Notes: generated from the letters alone by a model not told the origin. 16,902 nt of DNA from Candidatus Altimarinota bacterium (GCA_041659405.1 JBAZYK010000016.1:1-16902), one strand, 5' to 3'; shown: positions 8,273 to 15,249, counted from the first letter of the stretch. Numbers and translations: made by a program.

Positions 8273-8572
8273 CCCGATTGGGCTCGAACCAATGACCTAC
8301 CGGTTACACTTATCCTTATGTTTCCATAAAGCGTGGACTATATCTTCACCATGTCGCCAAAGGGTTGGAATGACGATTTTAGGTGCGTTGGTATCTAGTC
8401 TCTACGGCGCTCCTCGCACTGTGCGAGGTTCCCACGGTATTGGCATGTTCGCTTGCGCGAATTTAGCTTTCACCGTTATCCCAACGAGTTTCAATCTGGC
8501 TTTAACCAGAAAGCTGCGTGTAATTTTTTAGTGTGTTCACAGCCGGTTGCTCTACCACTGAGCTACAGGGGA
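8266..8572 (-). tRNA. tRNA-Asn(GUU) interrupted in the anticodon loop by a group I intron
   Basis: Exons 8572-8539 and 8306-8266 join to a 75-nt cloverleaf. Its parts are acceptor TCCCCTG/CGGGGGA, D stem GCTC/GAGC, anticodon stem ACCGG/CCGGT, loop CTGTTAA, T arm ATTGG-TTCGAGC-CCAAT, discriminator G, and an encoded CCA. U1-A72, G73 and overall similarity to bacterial tRNA-Asn support the Asn identity. Confidence 0.85.
8307..8538 (-). other. Group I self-splicing intron, 232 nt, with no internal ORF
   Basis: Read on the - strand.
- P1: the 5' exon end GGCTGT pairs with the guide GCAGCT (8517-8512), with a U-G wobble at the splice site.
- P3: GTTGG (8485-8481) pairs with CCAAC (8391-8387).
- P4: ACGGT/ACCGT.
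- P5: hairpin TTCGC-GCAA-GCGAA (8461-8448).
- P6: hairpin at 8428-8412.
- P7: GACTA (8400-8396) pairs with TAGTC (8340-8336).
- J8/7: AAGATATAGTC (8346-8336), identical to the Tetrahymena J8/7 as I remember it.
- P9: hairpin CTTTATG-GAAA-CATAAGG (8331-8314).
- The intron ends in G. Confidence 0.8.
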
Positions 8573-8647
8573 ATGCCTGATTTTCAATAGCTTTCATGTG
8601 TCGCGAAAGCGTGTATTTTAAAAGCTTCTTTTTGGGAAGCACGAGCT

Positions 8648-8676
8648 ACTATAGCTAAGCCGAAAAGTTTTTTCAA
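8648..8676 (-). promoter_or_regulatory. Promoter upstream of tRNA-Asn, TTGAAA-17 bp-TATAGT (- strand)
   Basis: Read on the - strand: TTGAAA (8676-8671), the 17-bp spacer AAACTTTTCGGCTTAGC, then TATAGT (8653-8648). This implies a leader of roughly 70 nt before the tRNA. Confidence 0.5.
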
Positions 8677-8683
8677 TGCGAAT

Positions 8684-10012
8684 TTATTTTTTGACCAATT
8701 TCCAGATTTCGCGGCCGACGATTTGGTCGGGGCGGTCGTAAACCAGGGTTGGGCGCTGGAACATGCGTAATCCTTCTCTTTGGGCCAGTTGATCAGGAAT
8801 CAGCGGTTCCGTGTCATAGCCAAGGCGTGGGATTATTTCAGACAGGCCTTCAATAAAATGGAATTTCTGGTGATCACGATAAACCGGCACACTGATCACA
8901 ATTGGCGTTCCTGGTTTGATGATTTTGCCGACTGCCTTCAAAAAGCCAAAAATAAGGGCCTTAATATTGTCGAAGGTTTTTTCTACATTCTCGGGGATTG
9001 GCATCTTGCTCACCGGCGGGCCCAGATAAGACTCGGTAACAATGGCGTCGATTTTTGCGGGAAGGTCTCTGGCGATTAGTTGTGTTGCGTCTTGAACGAA
9101 AAGGCTGGCAGAAGGGAATTGTGCGCGGTTTGGTCCACTTTGCAGCTGTTTAACGTATTCAATATTAGTTTGCGATTTTTCGATGACGACAGGTTCAATA
9201 TCGGAACCGATGACATTAAAACCCATATTAAGGGCTTCGGTCAGCACTGTTCCAATTCCGCAGAAGGGATCGTAGATGGTTTTTGGCGGGGTCTGGTTTT
9301 GAGATGGATCAGAGCTAACTCCACTTAAATTCAGCATGATCTGGCACAATTTTGGTGGCAACATTCCAAGTCTGGGGTCGCGCGCGGGACGGTCGTAATC
9401 GCGCTTGCTGTAGCCTTCAAAATCTTGGAGTGCTTTGGTTTCGGCAAGGTAAAATTGGGTGCGGCCTTCAATTACTACAAGTTCAACGCCTTCCTGCAGG
9501 ATTTTTTCTCCTTTAAGAGCGGCGTTTTCGGGATTGGTGAAGTTTTTGTTGATGAAACGGCTTTTAAAGCCAGCATCAACCAATTGGATTTTAACTTTTT
9601 TTAATGTTCTCCTTAAGAATTGGTCATGTCTTTGCTTTAGATTGTAGGCACTTATTCCATAAATTATTTTCGATGTAACACCTTCAAACTTTTCCTGAAT
9701 ATGGTTGGCTAAAGCATGAGCGATAGTGTCCTTTTGAGAAGAGGGGATTTCCTCAAAGATTTCGGCAATTTTAATGGTCCCGCCCAGGCGGTTTAGGATT
9801 GCCTGAAAATCGAAAGGGGATTCGGAAGGGGATGCCGAAGGAGTGGCGGAAGGGGCAGAATCGGCTTTCGCTTCCGTTGAAAATTTCGGATCTAACTTGG
9901 CAATCAGCGCCTCGTTATTCGTCTCTAAAATATTTTCCTCTTTTAGAAATTGAGCGAGTTCCGCGATTGAGAGCAGATGTTTTCGGCCTAAGATAAAAGC
10001 GTATTTATTCAT
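8684..10012 (-). CDS. Putative RNA (or DNA) N-methyltransferase with a UPF0020/Trm11-like catalytic domain
   Basis: 442 aa. SAM motif DPFCGIGTVLTEALNMGFNVIGSDI, with a downstream FVQDATQL and IVTESYLGPP where the (D/N)PPY-type motif would sit. The N-terminal domain is unassigned and carries a Ser/Pro/Ala low-complexity insert. Confidence 0.65.
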   Translation of the reverse strand: MNKYAFILGRKHLLSIAELAQFLKEENILETNNEALIAKLDPKFSTEAKADSAPSATPSASPSESPFDFQAILNRLGGTIKIAEIFEEIPSSQKDTIAHALANHIQEKFEGVTSKIIYGISAYNLKQRHDQFLRRTLKKVKIQLVDAGFKSRFINKNFTNPENAALKGEKILQEGVELVVIEGRTQFYLAETKALQDFEGYSKRDYDRPARDPRLGMLPPKLCQIMLNLSGVSSDPSQNQTPPKTIYDPFCGIGTVLTEALNMGFNVIGSDIEPVVIEKSQTNIEYVKQLQSGPNRAQFPSASLFVQDATQLIARDLPAKIDAIVTESYLGPPVSKMPIPENVEKTFDNIKALIFGFLKAVGKIIKPGTPIVISVPVYRDHQKFHFIEGLSEIIPRLGYDTEPLIPDQLAQREGLRMFQRPTLVYDRPDQIVGREIWKLVKK

Positions 10013-10046
10013 GAGCTATATCATTACACTTTTTATTTAAAAAGCA

Positions 10047-10283
10047 ATGCAGAATACTAATTTCACAAATTTGCAAAATGGCGGTCAGCAGCATGGGGTT
10101 TCGCATCTTTTGCCGCGTCCGGTTGGGGCAAAAACCTTTTGGCTTTGGCTTTTGATGGTCGTTATTTCAGTAATGATTGCCTTTGGTTTTGGCTATTTCT
10201 TTGGGCGATATGAGCAGATCCAGATCAATAAATCTCTGCTAAAAATCATTCCTGATATTAATTGCGGAGTGCGTCAACCTTAA
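10047..10283 (+). CDS. Small hypothetical membrane protein (78 aa)
   Basis: It has one clear hydrophobic helix (FWLWLLMVVISVMIAFGFGYFFG). It lies only 34 bp from the divergent 10012 gene. I recognise no homology. Confidence 0.4.
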   Translation: MQNTNFTNLQNGGQQHGVSHLLPRPVGAKTFWLWLLMVVISVMIAFGFGYFFGRYEQIQINKSLLKIIPDINCGVRQP

Positions 10284-10297
10284 GTATGACCATGAGC

Positions 10298-10326
10298 TTG
10301 TTTTAAAAATGGCGTCTTTATATAGT
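10298..10326 (+). promoter_or_regulatory. Promoter of ssb, TTGTTT-17 bp-TATAGT
   Basis: TTGTTT at 10298-10303, a 17-bp spacer, and TATAGT at 10321-10326. Confidence 0.5.
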
Positions 10327-10359
10327 GGCCCTGATTTTTAATTTTTAATTCGATAAACT

Positions 10360-10860
10360 ATGGCAATGTCATTAAATCGGGCTCAGTTGATTGGAAATTT
10401 GACGCGTGATCCTGAACTTCGTCAAATTCCCGGTGGTCAAACTGTTGCGACTTTTTCGATCGCGACAAATTTTAGCTGGACTGATTCAAGTGGTCAAAAA
10501 CAGGATAAAACAGAGTTTCACAATATTACAGCATGGAGAAAATTGGCTGAAATCGTTGGTCAATTTATGAAAAAGGGGAGCAAGGTTTATGTAGAAGGCC
10601 GCATCCAGACTCGTGATTGGGAAGGTGAAGATGGCGTAAAGCGTTATCGTACAGAAATTGTTGCCGACAACGTAATCATGCTTGATCGTAAAGGTGCCGG
10701 TACAGGTGAAGGCGGCGAAGCTCCAGCTTTTAGTGGCGGTTTCCGTAAATCCGGATCAGTAAAATCAGCAGAACCTCAGGCTAATTCCGAAGTTTCCGAG
10801 GTTTCCGAATCTCAGGCTGCTCCTGCGGAAGAAGTTGCAATCGACGATTTGCCATTCTAA
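10360..10860 (+). CDS. ssb: Single-stranded DNA-binding protein
   Basis: OB-fold N-terminus (NRAQLIGNLTRDPELR...FHNITAWRKLAE...VYVEGRIQTRDWE), a Gly/Ser/Ala-rich linker, and the canonical acidic tip DDLPF. Confidence 0.95.
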   Translation: MAMSLNRAQLIGNLTRDPELRQIPGGQTVATFSIATNFSWTDSSGQKQDKTEFHNITAWRKLAEIVGQFMKKGSKVYVEGRIQTRDWEGEDGVKRYRTEIVADNVIMLDRKGAGTGEGGEAPAFSGGFRKSGSVKSAEPQANSEVSEVSESQAAPAEEVAIDDLPF

Positions 10861-10886
10861 CCTCAACCTCAAAGGTTGCCCGCAGT

Positions 10887-10900
10887 TGTGCGCGCGCACA
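10887..10900. repeat. Perfect 14-bp palindrome TGTGCGCGCGCACA
   Basis: Seen directly in the sequence, 27 nt after the ssb stop. Its half-site resembles that of the 18-bp palindrome at 13201-13218. Confidence 0.5.
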
Positions 10901-10934
10901 GATCAATTTTGAACTGTGTCCCTAAATCCACATA

Positions 10935-10972
10935 GAAAAAGAGCGTCACCTTAAGTTTAAAGATGACGCTCT
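10935..10972 (-). terminator. Intrinsic terminator that works only on the - strand
   Basis: The 9-bp stem AGAGCGTCA (10940-10948) / TGACGCTCT (10964-10972) is followed by TTTTT only when read on the - strand. On the + strand it is followed by CTGTCTCC. Confidence 0.7.
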
Positions 10973-11437
10973 CTGTCTCCCTGATCTCACCTTACTTGCA
11001 TAAAGTAGACCAGAAAGTCTTGTAACAGGAGCCCGACATGTTTCCTGGTACCGCCTTTCGGTGTGCCGAAAAGCTTTCTCCCTACCATTCTTTGGTGTTT
11101 TATTTTGTGACGATTTTCACCATCGTCTTTTTTGTATTTTTGTGTTTTTGATTTTCTCCCGGCAATTAAGCGAGAAGAAGATTTGTTTTTGGTAAGTTTG
11201 TTTTTGATTTTTACCTTCCGGCGGTGAATCGATTTGAATCGCCTACAGGAGGCTACTTTTTGGTGAGACATTAGTCGGATGTCTGCATCGAAAAGTAGGG
11301 AGAAGAAGGTTCTGAGAGTCCGTGCGGTCAACTGTGCTGCGTGTTAAGTGTTGCTGCGAAAGATTGCGCACTTTATTTTCAGCCACTTCTTTTCGCTACT
11401 TTTGCGATGACTTTCTAGTTTTTAAGGATCGGGAAAT
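10935..11437 (-). ncRNA. Candidate non-coding transcript of about 500 nt, class not recognised
   Basis: It runs from the strong - strand promoter (11472-11444) to the - strand-only terminator. Several hairpins are present: 11284-11266, 11127-11109, and 11074-11053. The last has a U-G pair that would be a C-A mismatch on the + strand. The central A-rich tract carries CAAAAACAAA at 11191-11182 and 11206-11197, and CAAAAACACA at 11150-11141. The only long frame, 10987-11331, starts with TTG and is low-complexity and Lys/Arg-rich. Confidence 0.4.
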
Positions 11438-11443
11438 CTTTAA

Positions 11444-11472
11444 ATTATAACATTTTTTCATAGGTTTTACAA
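11444..11472 (-). promoter_or_regulatory. Strong promoter, TTGTAA-17 bp-TATAAT with an extended -10 TG (- strand)
   Basis: Read on the - strand: TTGTAA (11472-11467), a 17-bp spacer ending in TGT, then a perfect TATAAT (11449-11444). Confidence 0.65.
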
Positions 11473-11532
11473 TCCACATAGAGCCAAATTCACAGGAAAA
11501 CGCCCTCACCCCCTTATCTTTTTTGAATATTT

Positions 11533-11541
11533 TGATAGAAT
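11533..11541 (+). promoter_or_regulatory. Extended -10 promoter element (TGATAGAAT) upstream of gmk
   Basis: A TGnTAGAAT match with a weak -35 (TTATCT, 16-bp spacer). It predicts a leader of about 120 nt before the gmk ATG. Confidence 0.4.
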
Positions 11542-11669
11542 GCGGACGTTCACGCATGAAGTGCCTATTTTTATGAGGCCATGGGCCGAGTGCGAAGCGT
11601 CCGGGTTTCCCGGCGCTGAGCTTATAAACAGTAGTGGAGCGAATTCCATATTTAAAGTCCGTTTAGCTT

Positions 11670-12284
11670 ATGGCAAAGCCAATAAATCCATCTTATAAAG
11701 GCAAACTGGTGCTGATTTCCGGCCCTTCCGGGGTTGGAAAAGGCACGGTGATCAGTGCTCTAAAAAAGCAATATTCGCAGTTTGTTTATCCGATTTCGGA
11801 AACAACCCGTCAGATTCGTCCAGGTGAAAAGGATGGCGAGGTTTACCATTTTATAAGCAAGGAAGCTTTTCTGCAGGCCAAAGCCGCCGGTGACTTTTTA
11901 GAGGTGGCAACGGTTCATCAGGATAATTATTATGGAACGCTCAAAAAACCAATTATGGATGCGCTGGAAGCCGGTCGTGTGGTAGTGCGTGAGGTTGATA
12001 TGCAGGGGTTTTTGTCGATTAAAGCCGTTATTCCTGCGGAAAATTTAGTGTCGATTTTTTTGGAGGCCGAGAATATGGAGGAGCTTCAGAAAAGAATTGC
12101 CCACAGAGGCCAATTACCCGCAGAGGAACTGGCGCGCCGCATGGAAAGTGCCAGCAAGGAGCTGGCGATTGCGCACATGTATGATTACCGCGCAAAAAGC
12201 CTGGAAAACCAGATTGATCGTTGCGTGGCCGACGTCGAAAAGATAATTTTGGACGAGGCTGAAAAAGGTGGGTTGCGGATTTAG
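11670..12284 (+). CDS. gmk: Guanylate kinase
   Basis: P-loop GPSGVGKGT, the TTRxxRxGExDGxxYHF segment, and 204 aa collinear with the family. Confidence 0.95.
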   Translation: MAKPINPSYKGKLVLISGPSGVGKGTVISALKKQYSQFVYPISETTRQIRPGEKDGEVYHFISKEAFLQAKAAGDFLEVATVHQDNYYGTLKKPIMDALEAGRVVVREVDMQGFLSIKAVIPAENLVSIFLEAENMEELQKRIAHRGQLPAEELARRMESASKELAIAHMYDYRAKSLENQIDRCVADVEKIILDEAEKGGLRI

Positions 12285-12310
12285 GGGGTGGAGGTACAGA
12301 AGCGGAAGGC

Positions 12311-13033
12311 TCAGGGGATTTGCTGAATCAATTGTAATACTTCCGGACGTTGGTCTTTGGTTTGCATGATTGCTTGCTGTGAGACTCTGTCATTTCTCTT
12401 TAAAAGTTCATTCCATGCTTGGAGTGAAAGTTTGCCATCTTCGGCAAGAATTCCAACTATATGAGCATCTTGATCAAACGGGTCCAGGGTATAATCTTTC
12501 ACAAGTTTTACTTGTAATTCAGGGCTAAAATTCGGGTTCCAACTGCGAATTGCACGAACAGTGCCTTCTCCTGCTAATAAGCCTCCTAAAGCTAGATCTT
12601 CATTTTTGAATTTATAGGCAAGGTCGCCATCGTGTGTATTTGTTAATATGGCTTGAAGGCGTTCTTTGCCGGTTCCACCAACGAAATATAAACTTGCAGT
12701 ATCAGGAATAGCTCTTTTTATGGCGCAACGGACTTTTGCCAAGACTCTTACTCTGATATCGACTACTTCTTTGCCAAACGCTAGTGGATAGGTTTTTTCT
12801 CGATGTTGATCTCTGTCTCCTTCGTTCCACTCTGTTTTCCATTCACAATCAACACTTGCCCCACTAATGGCTTCTCCCATCAGAGCCGCTCTAACATCAG
12901 CTAAAGTGTCGTCTTGATAGACTTCTAATGTGAGGTCGCTAAGGGATTGTCCAAAAGCTTCATCATTAATAATCTTATCAACCAATTCTTTGTCATCAAA
13001 ATTCAATATTTGTTCAGGGGGAAATTTACTCAT
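12311..13033 (-). CDS. Hypothetical protein (241 aa counted from the ATG at 13033)
   Basis: The long ORF has ordinary amino-acid composition from MSKFPPEQILNF onward. The 56 codons upstream in the ORF track (to 13201) are Cys/Phe-rich and overlap the promoter region, so I take 13033 as the start. I recognise no family. Confidence 0.6.
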   Translation of the reverse strand: MSKFPPEQILNFDDKELVDKIINDEAFGQSLSDLTLEVYQDDTLADVRAALMGEAISGASVDCEWKTEWNEGDRDQHREKTYPLAFGKEVVDIRVRVLAKVRCAIKRAIPDTASLYFVGGTGKERLQAILTNTHDGDLAYKFKNEDLALGGLLAGEGTVRAIRSWNPNFSPELQVKLVKDYTLDPFDQDAHIVGILAEDGKLSLQAWNELLKRNDRVSQQAIMQTKDQRPEVLQLIQQIP

Positions 13034-13057
13034 ATGTACTTTGTTAAAGGAGGGGTG

Positions 13058-13086
13058 ATCGTAACAAAAACGTAATGCAAATGCAA
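13058..13086 (-). promoter_or_regulatory. Possible promoter, TTGCAT-17 bp-TACGAT with an extended -10 TG (- strand)
   Basis: Read on the - strand: TTGCAT (13086-13081), a 17-bp spacer ending in TGT, then TACGAT (13063-13058). It is about 25 nt upstream of the ATG at 13033. Confidence 0.4.
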
Positions 13087-13200
13087 AAAGATATGCGAGT
13101 GGACTTGATGAAACAGCTTTCTTTGGGTAAGATCGTTTTGCTCGACTGCAAATTCGAGCACAAAATGAAAATTGACATACTGTCCAGAAAATTGTTCTCA

Positions 13201-13218
13201 AGTGTGCACGTGCACACT
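13201..13218. repeat. Perfect 18-bp palindrome AGTGTGCACGTGCACACT
   Basis: Seen directly in the sequence. It lies between the divergent hypothetical gene and tRNA-Gln, about 35 bp upstream of the tRNA -10 element. Confidence 0.5.
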
Positions 13219-13252
13219 TTTACAGTCGAAAAATGGCTTACAGCAATGATTG

Positions 13253-13261
13253 TGGTATCAT
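13253..13261 (+). promoter_or_regulatory. Extended -10 element (TGGTATCAT) immediately upstream of tRNA-Gln
   Basis: A TGnTATCAT match 10 nt before the first tRNA nucleotide. I see no good -35. Confidence 0.4.
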
Positions 13262-13271
13262 GATCGTGCGT

Positions 13272-13345
13272 TGGGGATTCGCCAAGTGGTAAGGCACCGC
13301 CCTCTGGAGGCGGCATCGGGGGTTCGAATCCCTCATCCCCAGCCA
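13272..13345 (+). tRNA. tRNA-Gln(CUG)
   Basis: 74-nt cloverleaf. Its parts are acceptor TGGGGAT/ATCCCCA, D arm GCC-AAGTGGTAA-GGC, anticodon stem CCGCC/GGCGG with loop CTCTGGA, T arm GGGGG-TTCGAAT-CCCTC, discriminator G, and an encoded CCA. It closely resembles E. coli tRNA-Gln as I remember it. Confidence 0.95.
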
Positions 13346-13385
13346 GAACGTACACCAAAATCGCGAAATTCCTTCCTCCCTATGG
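13339..13385 (+). repeat. tRNA-Gln 3' end plus 36-nt trailer, reference copy A of a dispersed repeat
   Basis: The trailer 13350-13385 is identical at 29 of 36 positions to 16407-16442. AGCCAGAAC (13341-13349) recurs exactly at 15235-15243. Confidence 0.75.
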
Positions 13386-13409
13386 ATAGGAAAAAACAAA
13401 AGTCAGTGT

Positions 13410-13438
13410 TTGACATTAACGTCGATGGATTAATAAAT
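13410..13438 (+). promoter_or_regulatory. Promoter of the 13459 operon, with a perfect TTGACA -35 and an AT-rich -10
   Basis: TTGACA at 13410-13415. The -10 is ATAAAT with a 17-bp spacer, or TAAATT with an 18-bp spacer. Confidence 0.5.
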
Positions 13439-13458
13439 TAATGTAATGCTTTAGATTT

Positions 13459-14853
13459 ATGAACAAAATTATTCTACAGAAATTGAACAAAAAAAGACTT
13501 TTAGGGCTAGCTATCTTGGTAGGCTTGTTGATATTGGTGGCGGTTATATCGCTTACATATTCCAAAAAAGATACAACTAATACAACGATAGTTTGGAAAC
13601 AATCCAATACGGGATTAACTACCCTTTCCGTAAATACGATTGCCGCTGACACAAACAATCAATCGATTCTGTATGCCGGAACAGATACAGGAATTTTTAA
13701 GAGTATAGATAAAGGTGAAAGTTGGACTGCTATGAATAATGGTTTTGGTAATCCGACTCCTGATATCCAAAAAATACTCCTCGCCACCACCAATATTAAA
13801 GCGGTTTTCGCTTTGAGTACGGCAGGCGACTTGTTTGAGACGCTGGACGGAGGAAACAATTGGAGTTTGCGCGGAATAAGGATAAAAGATTTCGCGTTAA
13901 AACTACACTCTTCAGAATCACCATTTGAAAAAATTTATATTCTTTTAGATGATTATGCAGATCTAACAAGGGAAATAGGTAGCCCTATAATTTATTCTAT
14001 AAGTACAGGAATTGGATTTTTAAATAAGCCTTCAGAAAAAACTCGAACAGAAATTAACTCATTCTATGAAGATCTTTATAAAAATCAAGACGAAATTAAT
14101 AAACGCAACGGAGGAGAAAGCAAAATTATAAGTAAATTTATTGTAGACACCGGTTCGCGAGAAGATACTGTTAATGCCACAAAGATAGATTTTCTAAAAG
14201 AGAAAGAAGAAATTCTTGCTCTTTTGCCACAGAATTCTGATTTTACATGGCTTCAAACAAATAGGACGGTTTATTTCTGCCTTTATAACTTTAAAGGCTG
14301 TGAAGGAGATATTGAGAAAGAAAAAATAAATGCCCATGGCTTTAACCTACGTTATGGAGCAGTAACGTCGTATTCACAAAGCGGCATATCTCACATTTAC
14401 ATTAATCCAGGTAATTTTGTAGGCAGATCCGATAAATTATTAATACTACCATGCTTAGAATTAGGAAGTGGCCAATGGATACTCAATGATTCACTCAGCA
14501 AATTAGGAGTAATACCAACACATATTTTTGTTTATTCTAAAAATAATTATATCAAATCTTCAGAATGTTATGACAAATCAGAGATAAAAAATAAGGTAGG
14601 AAGGGATTACCTTGAGGATGTAATTTTCGCGGTCGCTGATATTGAAATCGCTGATTTTCAAGGATATTATACAAAGCTTTTAATCAGCAAAGATAATGCC
14701 CAAACTTGGAAAGTGTTTGAAGGAAATTTGCCAATTTCAGAAGAATCCATGTTCGTAACTAAAACTGACCTTGGATATAATGTTTATATCACAACGGATG
14801 ATAACGGAATTTTCAAGACATCAATTTCTTCCCAAGAACTTTATTCTAGTTAA
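13459..14853 (+). CDS. Membrane-anchored BNR/Asp-box repeat protein with a large unassigned central insert
   Basis: 464 aa with an N-terminal TM anchor (LLGLAILVGLLILVAVISL). Asp-box-like motifs are SIDKGESW and TLDGGNNW near the N-terminus and SKDNAQTW near the C-terminus. The roughly 250 aa between them have no motif I recognise. Confidence 0.75.
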   Translation: MNKIILQKLNKKRLLGLAILVGLLILVAVISLTYSKKDTTNTTIVWKQSNTGLTTLSVNTIAADTNNQSILYAGTDTGIFKSIDKGESWTAMNNGFGNPTPDIQKILLATTNIKAVFALSTAGDLFETLDGGNNWSLRGIRIKDFALKLHSSESPFEKIYILLDDYADLTREIGSPIIYSISTGIGFLNKPSEKTRTEINSFYEDLYKNQDEINKRNGGESKIISKFIVDTGSREDTVNATKIDFLKEKEEILALLPQNSDFTWLQTNRTVYFCLYNFKGCEGDIEKEKINAHGFNLRYGAVTSYSQSGISHIYINPGNFVGRSDKLLILPCLELGSGQWILNDSLSKLGVIPTHIFVYSKNNYIKSSECYDKSEIKNKVGRDYLEDVIFAVADIEIADFQGYYTKLLISKDNAQTWKVFEGNLPISEESMFVTKTDLGYNVYITTDDNGIFKTSISSQELYSS

Positions 14854-14859
14854 ATCATT

Positions 14860-15249
14860 ATGCCTCTTACCTACAACGAGCAATTAATTACCATTCAATT
14901 GGAAAATGCCATAAAAGAGATGTATGATTTTCTTTTGGCTTTGGGAAGTCCTAATGCAATCAATTTAAACGATGAAAAAATATATGCAGAACATTATGCT
15001 AAAATAGGAAAGTTGAGTATAAAAGTACGTGCAGAAGGGTACAAAGGATATGAGCACAAAAATCCGCATAAAACACTTGGTGAATTTTTGAAGTCCGGTA
15101 AAATCAACGATTTTGTTCTGAAATTTTATTCAAAACCAGTTTTCAAGAGAGAGATCATCAAAAAGCCAATAGCATTGAAGGCGATAGACGGCATAATAAA
15201 ACGAAGTATTAAAATCGTGAGCGTTTTCAAAAAGAGCCAGAACAGGTAA
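14860..15249 (+). CDS. Hypothetical protein (129 aa), probably co-transcribed with 13459-14853
   Basis: Its start lies 6 nt after the upstream stop, and its AT-rich composition matches the neighbouring gene. I recognise no homology. Its last codons overlap a copy of the tRNA-Gln 3' junction. Confidence 0.6.
   Translation: MPLTYNEQLITIQLENAIKEMYDFLLALGSPNAINLNDEKIYAEHYAKIGKLSIKVRAEGYKGYEHKNPHKTLGEFLKSGKINDFVLKFYSKPVFKREIIKKPIALKAIDGIIKRSIKIVSVFKKSQNR

Noticed and set aside
8265-8531. 88-aa + strand ORF
   Set aside because: It lies entirely antisense to the tRNA-Asn 3' exon and the group I intron. The RNA structure explains the region.
1038-10896. Apparent excess of GCGCGC palindromes (near 1038, 3272, 4944, 9370 and 10891)
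   Set aside because: I counted these by eye only. Most lie inside coding regions with no positional pattern. I cannot compute expectation properly, so I do not report them as a signal beyond the two long palindromes.
10987-11331. 114-aa - strand ORF, extremely Lys/Arg-rich, as a protein gene
   Set aside because: It starts with TTG, and internal ATGs would leave a leader of about 165 nt. The low-complexity basic sequence is a by-product of the A-rich repeats. I keep it only as the alternative hypothesis in the second orphan-transcript finding.
13034-13201. N-terminal 56-codon extension of the 12311 ORF, and similarly the TTG-initiated extension 5621-5746 of the membrane protein
   Set aside because: The extensions have odd composition and run through predicted promoter regions. 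The first ATGs (13033 and 5747) give sensible N-termini.
13044-13441. ORFs 13044-13358 (-), 13075-13263 (+) and 13250-13441 (+)
   Set aside because: They overlap tRNA-Gln, its promoter and the palindrome. Their compositions are implausible. The AAGGAGG at 13046-13052 is 22 nt from the ATG at 13075, which is too far to be a functional SD.
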